From Myxococcota bacterium (GTDB taxonomy: Bacteria; Myxococcota_A; UBA9160; JAFDDA01), in the NCBI GenBank assembly GCA_965228475.1, contig OZ245817.1:4128001-4192000 (forward strand): a stretch of DNA of 64,000 nucleotides. The letters are read 5' to 3'. Each line of letters opens with the position of its first letter. Position 1 is the first letter of the stretch. The notes under the pieces are model-generated. The model had not been told where the DNA came from. It saw only the letters and a program-made list of their open reading frames with translations, and did not search any database. Shown piece after piece: positions 45,527 through 55,279 of the stretch. A program made the translations under genes and the position numbers.

Positions 45527-47203
45527 CTAGTTCGTGGCGGGCGGTGCCGGTGCGGGCGGCTTCGGCGCCTGGAGCGGGAGGGCCCGGCCGTCGAGGACCT
45601 TCGGCGGGGGGATCCCGAGATGCTCGGCGAGGGTCGGGGCGAGGTCGACCGTGGCGACCTCCCCGGAGATCCGGCCCTTCTCGATGCCCGGCCCGTAGAA
45701 GACGAGCGGGACGTTGCGGTCGGCCGGGTACGGCGAGCCGTGGTTCGCGCCGGTCGGGTAGCTCGTATAGAGACAGGTGGGCTCGGCCTGGATCTCGAAG
45801 TCGCCGCCGCGCTCCGGGTCCCAGGAGTTCGCGTAGAGCGTGGCGTAGGGCTCGGGCCCGCTCCCCGCCTGGATCTCCGCGGCCGTCCAGACGCGGCGGA
45901 TCCCGGGCTGCTTCTCCAGGTAGCTCTTGGCCTCGGCAACGATCTCGTCGACCGCGACCTGCCGCTCGGCGGCGAAGGATCGGTTCACCGTGAAGCGGTA
46001 GCCCGAGCGCTGGGCCCACTCCCCGTCCGCGTGGGCGAAGTTCTTCTCGAGATGGGCGTTGAGCCCCGCCGCCAGGGCCCGGGAATCGGCGCGCCCGCCG
46101 GGGATCGGACACTTGCCCCGGCCCGTCTCGTGCAGCCACTCCGGGATGGGCGTCACACCGTGGTCCGAGGTGACCGCGATCCAGAGCTTGTCCTGGTCGA
46201 CCTCGTCCTCGACGTCGTCGAGGAAGTCCTCGAGCCAGGCATCGAGCCGCTGCAGCGCATCCAGGGCTTCGTGGCTCTCGGGGCCGTGGAGGTGGCCCAC
46301 GTAGTCGAAGCTCGAGAGGGAGACGGCCAGCAGGTCGAGGTGCCCGCGCCGCTGACCGAGGCGCTCGCCCTCGATCAGCTCCTTGGCGAAGCGCAGGACG
46401 ACCTCGTCGCCCCAGGGCGACCAGGTGAAGCGCTCCGCGTCGTCCGCCTCGTCTTCGCCGAGCAGGAGCGGGTGCGGGCTCCCGCGGCCGAAGCGGTCGG
46501 ACTCGAGCGCGTAGTCGTCGCGACGCCCGCTCGGCAGCGGCGCCGTCGCGTGCGTCCACATGCGCGGAGCCTCGTCGAAGAAGTCGCGCCGGTTGAAGCG
46601 CTTCACCCACTCCGGGAGGTCGCGCCGGTAGTAGCGGCTGGTCGTGAAGCCCGCGCCCTCGGCGCTGCGGAACCAGAACGCCCCTGTCGCGCGCCGGCCG
46701 CCCAGCATGATGGCCGCGCGGTCCTTGCTCGAGACCGCGTAGACCTTCGAACCCGGGTCCGCGCCGCGCATCCAGTCGCCGAGGGTCTCGACGCGCAGCC
46801 AGCGCGGCGAGCGCCCGCCGTCGCCGTGGAGCGTCGCGGTCGCGGGGTTCGGGTCTTCGACGCAGTAGCGCGTCTCCCCGGACTCCCGCTGGACGAAGAC
46901 GTTGCCGGGGATGCCGGCCGGGCCGGCGTGGCGCCCGCTCAGGATGACCGCGTGCCCGGGGCAGGTCTCGGTGTGCGCGTGGCCCACGGCGGCGTCCGTG
47001 AAGAAGCGGCCCTCGCGCGCCAGCCAGCCGAGCCCCCCCGGCAGCTCCGGGTCGAGCTCATCCGCGCGCAGCTGATCGATCACGAACACGAGCACGAGGC
47101 CCTCGACGCTCCCTTCCGGGGCATCGGCGGGGACCGCCATCGGCAGGCCCGAAGAGCAGCCGAGGACGGTGGCAGCCAGCAATGCGAGAGACCGCTTCGT
47201 CAC
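45527..47203 (-). CDS. Alkaline phosphatase family protein (PafA-like)
   Basis: VIDQLR, TETCPGHA (Thr nucleophile), DYVGH, TSDHG, HGSPY. Confidence 0.9.
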   Translation of the reverse strand: MTKRSLALLAATVLGCSSGLPMAVPADAPEGSVEGLVLVFVIDQLRADELDPELPGGLGWLAREGRFFTDAAVGHAHTETCPGHAVILSGRHAGPAGIPGNVFVQRESGETRYCVEDPNPATATLHGDGGRSPRWLRVETLGDWMRGADPGSKVYAVSSKDRAAIMLGGRRATGAFWFRSAEGAGFTTSRYYRRDLPEWVKRFNRRDFFDEAPRMWTHATAPLPSGRRDDYALESDRFGRGSPHPLLLGEDEADDAERFTWSPWGDEVVLRFAKELIEGERLGQRRGHLDLLAVSLSSFDYVGHLHGPESHEALDALQRLDAWLEDFLDDVEDEVDQDKLWIAVTSDHGVTPIPEWLHETGRGKCPIPGGRADSRALAAGLNAHLEKNFAHADGEWAQRSGYRFTVNRSFAAERQVAVDEIVAEAKSYLEKQPGIRRVWTAAEIQAGSGPEPYATLYANSWDPERGGDFEIQAEPTCLYTSYPTGANHGSPYPADRNVPLVFYGPGIEKGRISGEVATVDLAPTLAEHLGIPPPKVLDGRALPLQAPKPPAPAPPATN

Positions 47204-47213
47204 CCGACCCTCG

Positions 47214-47645
47214 TCAGTCTTTGCCGCAATCCGAGCAGTGACCGTAGAGTTCGTGGCGGTGACGCAGGATGCGGAAGCCGTAGCGCTCCGCGATCCGGTT
47301 CTGCGTGGACTCGATCATCGCGCACTCGAACTCGATGATCTTTCCGCAGCGGGTGCAGACGAGGTGATCGTGATGCTCCTGCTCGATCTCGTAGCGCGTC
47401 ACGCCGTCTTCGAAGTTGCGCTCGATGGCGAGGCCTGCGTCGCACAGGAGTTTCAGCGTGCGGTAGACCGTCGTGAAGCCGATGTTCGGGTGGTCGTCGC
47501 GAACCTTCTGGAAGAGCTCGTCGCTCGTGATGTGGCCCTTGGCGTTCAGGAACACCTCGAGGATCGCGTCGCGCTGCTTCGTCTGCTTGAGGTTGTGGTC
47601 CTCGAGATAGCGCGCGAGTGCCTGTCGTTCGACCTCGTGGGACAT
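47214..47645 (-). CDS. fur: Ferric uptake regulator family protein
   Basis: TKQRDAIL, TVYRTLKLL, HHDHLVCTRCG, C-terminal CSDC. Confidence 0.93.
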   Translation of the reverse strand: MSHEVERQALARYLEDHNLKQTKQRDAILEVFLNAKGHITSDELFQKVRDDHPNIGFTTVYRTLKLLCDAGLAIERNFEDGVTRYEIEQEHHDHLVCTRCGKIIEFECAMIESTQNRIAERYGFRILRHRHELYGHCSDCGKD

Positions 47646-47715
47646 GGCGTTCCAACCTACTAGAGGGCATGGGGCCCGGCAACTTCCCCCGCAGGCACCC
47701 GCCTGCGGCCCGCTC

Positions 47716-48192
47716 TTAGAGACGGGCGAGCAGCTCCTCGGCCTCGTAGGCGACGTCGTCGTCGCCGCTGCTCTCGAGCACGCGAAGCTGGCTCTTCACG
47801 CCCCGGGAGATCTCGAACGCTCCGGCGTCGAGGCCCGCCGCGAGGCTCCGGATCGCCTCGGCCACGACGGCGGGATCGTCCGCATCGAGGAAGAGCGAAA
47901 GCAGAGAGGCATCGTCCGGCGTGCCGACGGCGGCGTGATACGCCTGGCAGGCTTCCGTGAAGGCCGGCGTCCCGTGGGCGTCTCGGACCGCCTTCGCCAG
48001 CTCCTCGCCGGCGGCGCCGCCCTTCGCCTCGCTGAAGAGTTTGTCGGCCTCCTTGAGGTAGCTCTCGGTGGCCTGCTTCATCTGGGCCTCGGCCCGTGCG
48101 CCGCGCGGCCGCCGGGGGCCCGGCCCATCGCCCTTCTCCTTCCGGAGACGGTCGAGCTCGCTGAAGGTCAGCTTCTGGCGGTCGTCACTCAT
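47716..48192 (-). CDS. Hypothetical helical protein
   Basis: MSDDRQKLTFSELDRLRKE...; GGGGAG RBS; overlaps the upstream gene. Confidence 0.7.
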   Translation of the reverse strand: MSDDRQKLTFSELDRLRKEKGDGPGPRRPRGARAEAQMKQATESYLKEADKLFSEAKGGAAGEELAKAVRDAHGTPAFTEACQAYHAAVGTPDDASLLSLFLDADDPAVVAEAIRSLAAGLDAGAFEISRGVKSQLRVLESSGDDDVAYEAEELLARL

Positions 48193-48568
48193 GGGACTCC
48201 CCCTTGGGCGCGCGCGGCTCCGCGGCGACGGGAGGCAGGAGCCGTCCGGCCCGGGCCGCCTGCAGGTTGTGCTGCGCCGCGTCGTTGTCGCAGTCGAGAT
48301 CCACGGCGCGCTCGAAGGCGCCGAGGGCCTCGGCGTCCCGCCCGACCCGCGCGTAGGCGAGGCCCAGGTGGTTGTGGACCTCGGAGGCCTCGGGCAGCAG
48401 CCTCGCCGCGGCCTCGAGATCCTCGACGGCGTGGGCGTGCCGCCCGGCGTCGAGGGCCTCCGTCCCGCTCGCGTAGAGCTGTGCGCCCCGGACGCCGGCA
48501 CATCCTGCCGCCGTCGAGAGCACCGCGAGGGCCAGGGCCCCGAACGGGCTGAACCACTGCCTACTCAT
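48185..48568 (-). CDS. Small TPR lipoprotein
   Basis: Lipobox AAGC; VHNHLGLAYARVG...AFERAV TPR. Confidence 0.75.
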   Translation of the reverse strand: MSRQWFSPFGALALAVLSTAAGCAGVRGAQLYASGTEALDAGRHAHAVEDLEAAARLLPEASEVHNHLGLAYARVGRDAEALGAFERAVDLDCDNDAAQHNLQAARAGRLLPPVAAEPRAPKGESHE

Positions 48569-48874
48569 CGGGAAAAGGGTACCGCTTCCCATCCGGCCTC
48601 GGGCCCGGAATTGCCCGAACGAAGCGGGCGTGGTACTTCTCTGTCGTTGAACGAGCGGTCCGTTGCTCGTTCACGATTTCCTGCCGAGAGGATTCTCGAT
48701 GAATTCCAACTTCATGCAGAAGCGATTGCCGGGCGGGCGCCTTCGGGCCGGCCTGCCGTCTGGCACCCCCTATCGCGTTCGTCCATGAAGTAGGCGGCTC
48801 CCGATGCTTCACCGGAGGCCACGGACGCGAAAGCGACCGTGGCCTCCGTCGTTTCCGGCATCCGGAGTCTCCTC

Positions 48875-50236
48875 ATGACCCAGCTCCAAGAATCCTACGA
48901 AGCCAACCCGCGCGCGCGCGGCGGGATGCGCGAACTCTCCCTGCTCGCCTACCCCGTCGTGCTCTCGCACCTCTCGGGCTCGGCCATGCAGGTGATCGAT
49001 TCCATCATGGTCGGCCGCCTCGGTCCGACCGAGCTCGCAGCCGTGGGCTACGGCGGCATCTGGATCTGGACCGCGCTCACGCTCTTCATGGGCACGGCCA
49101 CGGGCGTCCAGACCTTCGTGTCCCAGGCCGACGGCGCGGGCGAAGCCGAACGCTGCGGCCGCTGGACGTGGCAGGGCTTCTACGCGGTCGCGCCGGTGAC
49201 GGTGCTCTGGATCGGTGCGTTCGTCGCCGTCTTCCCGGCCCTGCTCGAGGCGCTCGGGCCGTCGGAGGCCCTGCGCGAGCACTCGATCGCCTACGTCTCG
49301 ACGCGCTCCCTCGGCTGCCTCGGGCTCGGCGCCTTCATGGTGCTGTCGTCCTTCTACCGGGGGATCGGCGACACCCGCACGCCGCTCGTCGCGAGCCTGA
49401 TCTCGACGGCGGCGAACGTCTTCGCGAACTACGTGCTGATCTTCGGCCACTTCGGGGCGCCGGCCCTCGGCGTGAAGGGGGCGGGCCTCGGGACGGCGAT
49501 CGCGGAGTGCACGGGCGCCCTCGTGCTGCTCGTGCTGGTCTTGCGCCCGCGCTTTGCCCGCTTCGAGCTCGGCATCGTCGCGCCCTCCCACCGGGAGATC
49601 GTGCGCTTCCTGCGCACGAGCCTCCCGATCGGCGGGCAGTGGTTCATCGAGATGTCCTCGTTCTCGGTGTTCTCGACCCTCGTCGCGCTGATGGGGGACC
49701 GGGCGATGGCCGCGAGCCAGGCGCTGATCGCGCTGCTCTCGCTCTCGTTCATGCAGGCGGTCGGGATCGGCATCGCCTCGGCGACGCTCGTCGGGCGCTA
49801 CATCGGCGCCCGGCACCTCGACGCGGCCGAGCGCGCGCACGGCAACGCCCTCCGGCTCGGCTGTCTGCTCGCGACGGTCGTCGGGCTGCTGCTCTTCTTC
49901 GGCGCCGAGAGCCTGATGCGTCTCTTCACGGACGACGCCGAGGTCGTCCAGCTGGGTGCGCCGCTGATCCGGGTCGGCATCCTCGTGCAGGCCTTCGACG
50001 CCCTGAACATCATCACGAGCGGCTCACTCCGGGGCGCGGGCGACACGCGCTGGCCCTTCGCGGTGCAATCGCTCATGGCCTGGGGCGTCGGCGTTCCGCT
50101 CGCCTATCTCTTCGGGGTGATGATGGGGCACGGCGTGATCGGCGCCTGGGGCGCCCTCGCCGTTTCGATGGCGCTGCTCTCGGCCCTGCTGGTGCGGCGC
50201 TTCCACGGAGGCGCCTGGCGGCGGATCCACATCTGA
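48875..50236 (+). CDS. MATE family efflux transporter
   Basis: About 12 TM segments; RGIGDTRTP and LRGAGDTR motifs. Confidence 0.92.
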   Translation: MTQLQESYEANPRARGGMRELSLLAYPVVLSHLSGSAMQVIDSIMVGRLGPTELAAVGYGGIWIWTALTLFMGTATGVQTFVSQADGAGEAERCGRWTWQGFYAVAPVTVLWIGAFVAVFPALLEALGPSEALREHSIAYVSTRSLGCLGLGAFMVLSSFYRGIGDTRTPLVASLISTAANVFANYVLIFGHFGAPALGVKGAGLGTAIAECTGALVLLVLVLRPRFARFELGIVAPSHREIVRFLRTSLPIGGQWFIEMSSFSVFSTLVALMGDRAMAASQALIALLSLSFMQAVGIGIASATLVGRYIGARHLDAAERAHGNALRLGCLLATVVGLLLFFGAESLMRLFTDDAEVVQLGAPLIRVGILVQAFDALNIITSGSLRGAGDTRWPFAVQSLMAWGVGVPLAYLFGVMMGHGVIGAWGALAVSMALLSALLVRRFHGGAWRRIHI

Positions 50237-50259
50237 GGCGGCACGGGTGCCGCGGGCCG

Positions 50260-51267
50260 CTACTCGGCGTCCCAGTCTTCGGAGTCCGGGAGGCTCACGC
50301 GGGCGATCACCGGGAGGTGGTCGCTCGCCATGCGCGAGGCTTCCGTGTCGTGGGCCCAGACCTTGGCGACGTGGGCGCCGCGGGCGTAGATGCGGTCGAG
50401 CGCGAGGACGGGCTTCGCGGAAGGAAAGGACGACGGCCACTTCAGGTTGTCGTGCATGTGGAGCTCTTCGTCGAGCTCGCGCGTGGCCGGGCAGCGGCGC
50501 CAGGCGTTCATGTCGCCCATCAGGATGGCCGGGCCGTTCACCGCGAGCTCCGGGTGCCGCATCAGCGAACCCACCTGGCGCTTGCGCGTGCGGTCCACCA
50601 GGGAGAGGTGCGTCGCGATCACGGCGAAGCGCCCCATCTGGCCGGTGAACCGGGCCGCCAGCGCGGAGCGCTTCTCGATGCGCGAGTGCGAGATGTCGAG
50701 GGTGCTCGCGCTCTGGATGGGCCAGCGCGAGAGGATCGCGTTGCCGAGCTGGCCGCGCTTGTGCTCGCGCGCCGCGGCGAAGGCCACGTGCAGGCCGAGC
50801 CGGTCCGCGATGTCCTCGAGCACGCCGGGCTCGTCCCGCGGCCGGAGGACTTCCTGGAGTGCGATCACGTCGGCGCCGAGCTCGGAGAGCACGAACTCCG
50901 CGTGGGAAGCGTCGGGCGTTCGCCGGCCGTTCCGGCCGGTCCACCGGTGAACGTTGTAGGTGGCGACGGTGAGTTCGCTCGGCACGACCAGGGGTGTCTC
51001 CACGGGGGTCATCGGCACCCGCGGCGCGTGGACCAAGCACAAATAGGAGTGGCTCGGGCCCGCGGCGCGCTTGGCGCTGCGGAAGCTCAGGTTGCGGCGT
51101 TTTTTGCCTGTGCTCGAACCGGTAGTCACGCCCCGTTTGGACGCAGTTTCCCCGGAAGAGGTTCGCGACGATCGGGTCTCGAGCCCGGCCCCCGGCCCGC
51201 GTTCGGATTCGGGATCGGGGTCCGCTGCTTCGGGTTTGCGAGCCGTGCGCTTTTTCCGCAGAGCCAC
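50260..51267 (-). CDS. Endonuclease/exonuclease/phosphatase family protein with basic N-terminal extension
   Basis: ATYNVH, IALQEV, THL, GDMN, LDRIY, SDHLPV; AGGAGG before GTG 51267 (alternative start 51012). Confidence 0.85.
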   Translation of the reverse strand: MALRKKRTARKPEAADPDPESERGPGAGLETRSSRTSSGETASKRGVTTGSSTGKKRRNLSFRSAKRAAGPSHSYLCLVHAPRVPMTPVETPLVVPSELTVATYNVHRWTGRNGRRTPDASHAEFVLSELGADVIALQEVLRPRDEPGVLEDIADRLGLHVAFAAAREHKRGQLGNAILSRWPIQSASTLDISHSRIEKRSALAARFTGQMGRFAVIATHLSLVDRTRKRQVGSLMRHPELAVNGPAILMGDMNAWRRCPATRELDEELHMHDNLKWPSSFPSAKPVLALDRIYARGAHVAKVWAHDTEASRMASDHLPVIARVSLPDSEDWDAE

Positions 51268-51436
51268 CGGGGCGCCTCCTGGGGCGAGTGAGGAGGATAG
51301 CCCACAGCCTTCCCGCAGACGCATGAATTCAAAGCGGAAAGTCGTTGGCAATCGCGTGGCGAAACACCCTCCCGGCGCGGCGATTCCACGCTTGGGCCCA
51401 AGCGCCTGCCACGGCTTGCCGATACGCTTTCCCGCC

Positions 51437-52819
51437 ATGGCGAAACGAGGAAGAAGCCCGCTCGAGGCCCTGACCGACGCGCCCGCCGTCCGCGAAGCGG
51501 CGGCCGCACTGGTGAAGGCCGTGCAGGACGAATGGCACGGTCGCGCCCTCGAAGCGCGCAGCTACGACCGGGCGATCCGCGAGCTCGAGCGGCGGCGCGG
51601 GCGGCCCCTCGCCTTCCCCATGCTGACGGCCGGCCCGGGCCGCGGCGCCCGCATCACCCTCGCCGACGGCACCCACAAGCTCGACTTCGTCGGTGGGATC
51701 GGCGTCTACGGCTTCGGGCACTCGGACCCGGACCTGCTCGAGACCGCCGTCGCGGCCGCGGCCGTCGACACCGTCTTCCAGGGCCATCTGGCGCCCGGCC
51801 CGGAGTATCTGCGCCTGACCCGCGCCCTGCTCAAACATGCCGGAGCCTCGATCAAGCACGCCTGGCTCTCGGTCTCGGGCGCCATCGCCAACGAGAACGC
51901 CCTGAAGATGATCCTGCAGAAGCACGCCCCGGCGGACCACATCGTGGTCTTCGACGGCGCCTTCGCGGGGCGGACCCTGGCGCTCTCGGAGCTGACGGAC
52001 CGGCCGGCCTTCCGCGAGGGGATGCCGCTGCGCGGGAACGTCCTCCACGTCCCCTTCTACGACCCGGACGACGGCGATGCCTCGACCGAGCGGGCCGTCG
52101 CGGCCCTCGACCGGCACCTCGCGCGCCACCCGGGCCGCATCGCGGGGATCCTCTTCGAGCTGATCCAGGGGGAAGGCGGCATCCGCCCGGCCCCGCGTAG
52201 CTTCTTCACCGCGCTGATGGAGCGCTGCCGCGAGGCCGATCTCGCCATCTGGGTCGACGAGGTGCAGACCTTCGGCCGGACCCCGGGCCTCTTCGCCTTC
52301 CGCACGCTCGAGCTCGACGAGTACGTCGACCTCGTCACCGTCGGCAAGATGCTCCAGGGCAGCGCCGTGCTCTTCCGCAAGAAGTACAACCCGAAGCCCG
52401 GCCTCGTGGCCGGAACCTACGCCGGGTCCACCACGGGCATGGCGGTCGGCGCCCGCGTGATCGAGCGCATGGAAGAGGAAGGCTACCTCGGGGAGGAAGG
52501 CCGCATCGCCGTGCTCGGACGGCGCGTCGAGCGGCGCTTCGAGATCCTGCGCGAGCGGCTGCCGCGAGCCGTCGGCCCGAACGCCGGCATCGGCGCCATG
52601 CACGGCTTCGTGCCCTTCGACGGGAGCGCCGAGGTCGTGCGCGACGTGCTGCAGACCGCCTTCGAAGAGGGCCTCCTGGTCTTCGCCGCCGGCGCCAACC
52701 CGGGGCGCGTGCGCATGCTGCTCCCGGTGAACGTCACCGACGAAGAGCTCGAGGCGGCCTTCACCGTGCTCGAGAAGACGCTGACCCGCGTCGCGGAGGC
52801 CCGGGAGCTCCCGTGCTAG
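51437..52819 (+). CDS. Class-III aminotransferase (AstC/ArgD-like)
   Basis: FELIQGEGG, DEVQT, TVGK; overlaps astA. Confidence 0.85.
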   Translation: MAKRGRSPLEALTDAPAVREAAAALVKAVQDEWHGRALEARSYDRAIRELERRRGRPLAFPMLTAGPGRGARITLADGTHKLDFVGGIGVYGFGHSDPDLLETAVAAAAVDTVFQGHLAPGPEYLRLTRALLKHAGASIKHAWLSVSGAIANENALKMILQKHAPADHIVVFDGAFAGRTLALSELTDRPAFREGMPLRGNVLHVPFYDPDDGDASTERAVAALDRHLARHPGRIAGILFELIQGEGGIRPAPRSFFTALMERCREADLAIWVDEVQTFGRTPGLFAFRTLELDEYVDLVTVGKMLQGSAVLFRKKYNPKPGLVAGTYAGSTTGMAVGARVIERMEEEGYLGEEGRIAVLGRRVERRFEILRERLPRAVGPNAGIGAMHGFVPFDGSAEVVRDVLQTAFEEGLLVFAAGANPGRVRMLLPVNVTDEELEAAFTVLEKTLTRVAEARELPC

Positions 52820-53829
52820 TCCTGCGGCCGGTGCGCAGCGCCGACCTCGACGACATCGTCGCCCTCGCCGAGGGCCTCGACTCGGTCAATCTCCCGAAGG
52901 ACCCGGGCTTCATCGCCGGGCGGATCGCCGCCTCGGTGCGCTCCTTCGGCGGCGGCCTCGAAGACTGGCGCGACGGCGTCTACATGTTCGCGCTCGAAGA
53001 CACCGAGGCGCGCCGCTGCGTCGGGACGTCGATGATCCTCGCCAAGGTCGGCCGTCCGGGCGAACCCTACTACTGGCTCGAAGTGACGACGGAGGAGCGC
53101 CGCAGCGTCGAGCTCGACAAACGCTTCGAGCACAAGCGGCTGCAGCTGCGCAGCACCGAAGACGGGCCGACCGAGATCGGCGGCCTGATCCTCGACCCGG
53201 CCTACCGCGGCCACGCGGAGAAGTGCGGCAAGGCGCTCTCGATCGTGCGCTTCGCCTACATCGCGGCACACCCGGACCGCTTCGAGCGCGACGTCATCGC
53301 CGAGATGCTCTCGCTCTTCGCGGCGCCCGGGAAGAACCGCCTCTGGGACGCCTTCGGCAAGCGCTTCACCGGCCTCCCCTACCGCGAGGCCGACCAGCTC
53401 TCCGCGCAGAACCGCCGCTTCATCGCGGATCTCTTCCCGCGCGAACCCGTCTACGCGACGCTCTTTCCCGAGGACGTACGCGCCGAGATCGGCCAGGCCC
53501 AGGCGAAAGCCGCCATCCGCATCCTCGAGCGCGTCGGCTTCCACGACCTCGGGCAGGTCGACCCCTTCGACGGCGGCCCCTACTACGGCGCCGCGCGCAA
53601 CGCGATCCGCTCGGTGCGCGAGCGGCGTGAGCTCGTACTTCCGGCCGTGCCGCGGGAGCCCGAAGACTGCGAAGGGCCGCTGGCGCTCGTCTCCGCCGAG
53701 GGCCTCGAAGGCTTCCGGGCCACGGTGGCGCCCCTCGAGTACGACGGCTCGCCCTCCGTTCCGAAGGAAATGCGCGACCGGCTCGGCGTCGCCGCCGGCG
53801 ATCGCGTCGCCGTGACGCCGCTTCCGTGA
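52813..53829 (+). CDS. astA: Arginine N-succinyltransferase
   Basis: MLVLRPV...DLD, GPTEIGGLILDP, VIAEM, DPFDGGP. Confidence 0.88.
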   Translation: MLVLRPVRSADLDDIVALAEGLDSVNLPKDPGFIAGRIAASVRSFGGGLEDWRDGVYMFALEDTEARRCVGTSMILAKVGRPGEPYYWLEVTTEERRSVELDKRFEHKRLQLRSTEDGPTEIGGLILDPAYRGHAEKCGKALSIVRFAYIAAHPDRFERDVIAEMLSLFAAPGKNRLWDAFGKRFTGLPYREADQLSAQNRRFIADLFPREPVYATLFPEDVRAEIGQAQAKAAIRILERVGFHDLGQVDPFDGGPYYGAARNAIRSVRERRELVLPAVPREPEDCEGPLALVSAEGLEGFRATVAPLEYDGSPSVPKEMRDRLGVAAGDRVAVTPLP

Positions 53830-53851
53830 GTTGGAGTTGGACCCCGCTGCC

Positions 53852-55279
53852 ATGAACGACGACGTTCTCGAAAGCCGAAACCCCGCGAACCCCGATGAGG
53901 TACTCGGGACCGTTCCGATCGCCGACGCCGCGGCGGTGGCTGCCGCCGTCGGCCGCGCGCGCGGGGCCTTCCCCGCCTGGCGCGACGCCGGCTTCGACGC
54001 GCGCGCCGAGGTGATCCGCCGCTTCCAGGAGATCACCGCGGCACCCGCGCGCAAGGAGGAGCTCGCGCGGCTCATCGCCCGCGAAGCCGGCAAGGCGCTC
54101 TGGGAGGCCCGCGCGGAAGCCGCGCTCGTCCCGGCGAAGGTCGACGTCTCCCTCGGGCCGGGCATGGAACGCGTGGCCGAGCGTGACATCGGCGGCGGCG
54201 CGCGCGCGACCTACTTCCCGCGCGGCACCCTGGCGGTCTTCGGCCCCTTCAACTTCCCGGCGCACCTCCCGAACGGACACATCGTTCCGGCGCTGGCCTG
54301 CGGCAACACCGTCGTCTTCAAGCCGAGCGAGCAGACACCGCTCGTCGGCGAGTGGATGCTCGAGCGCTGGCAGGAAGCCGGCTTGCCCGAGGGCGTGATC
54401 TCGATCGTCCACGGCGGTGCCGAGACCGGGCGCCGCCTCGCGAGCTACCGCGCCATCGACGGCATCCTCTTCACGGGCTCCTACGGCGTCGGCCGCTCGA
54501 TCCAGGAGGCGAACCTCGACCAGCCCGGGAAGATCCTCGCCCTCGAGATGGGCGGGAAGAACGCCATCGTCGTGCTCGCGGACGCGGACTTCGAGCTGGC
54601 CGTCGCGCAAACGGCGCTTTCGATCGCCGCGACGACCGGCCAGCGCTGCACCTGCGCGAGCCGCATCTTCGTCGAAGCCGGCCTCTACGACGACTTCGTC
54701 GAGCACCTGACGGAGACGCTCGGTTCCCTCGTGATCGGCGACCCGCTCGCGGAGGGCACCTTCATGGGCCCCCTGATCAACCAGGACGCCTACGACCGCG
54801 TCGAGAAGGTCCGCGCCACGGCGCGCGAGGCCGGCGGCGAACGCATCGACCTGCGCGTGGACCTCCCGGCACCGTTCGTCGGCCCGGGCCTCGTCCGCTT
54901 CCCGGAGGTCCGGCAGAGCCACCCCTACCAGCGCGACGAACTCTTCGCGCCGGAAGCCGCGATCTATCCCGTTTCGGACCCGGAAGCGGCCATCACCGCC
55001 GTGAACGATTCGGACTACGGCCTCGCCGCCGCCCTCTTCACGCGGGACCGCGAACGTTACGAGCGCTGCATCGGCCGGATCCGCACGGGCATCCTCAACT
55101 GGAACCACGGCACCATCGGCGCGAGCGGAAAGCTCCCCTTCGGCGGCATCGCGAAGAGCGGCAACGACCGCCCCGCCGGCGTGGAGGCCAGCGTCTACTG
55201 CACCGTCGCCCAGGCCCACCTGGAAAGCGACGCGCCCTTCGACCCGAGCACCCTGCCCCCGGGATTCCCGAAGCCATGA
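53852..55279 (+). CDS. astD: Aldehyde dehydrogenase, succinylglutamate-semialdehyde type (start 53831 or 53852)
   Basis: VFGPFNFPAHLPNGHIVPAL, KILALEMGG, GQRCTCA, SGNDRP. Confidence 0.85.
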   Translation: MNDDVLESRNPANPDEVLGTVPIADAAAVAAAVGRARGAFPAWRDAGFDARAEVIRRFQEITAAPARKEELARLIAREAGKALWEARAEAALVPAKVDVSLGPGMERVAERDIGGGARATYFPRGTLAVFGPFNFPAHLPNGHIVPALACGNTVVFKPSEQTPLVGEWMLERWQEAGLPEGVISIVHGGAETGRRLASYRAIDGILFTGSYGVGRSIQEANLDQPGKILALEMGGKNAIVVLADADFELAVAQTALSIAATTGQRCTCASRIFVEAGLYDDFVEHLTETLGSLVIGDPLAEGTFMGPLINQDAYDRVEKVRATAREAGGERIDLRVDLPAPFVGPGLVRFPEVRQSHPYQRDELFAPEAAIYPVSDPEAAITAVNDSDYGLAAALFTRDRERYERCIGRIRTGILNWNHGTIGASGKLPFGGIAKSGNDRPAGVEASVYCTVAQAHLESDAPFDPSTLPPGFPKP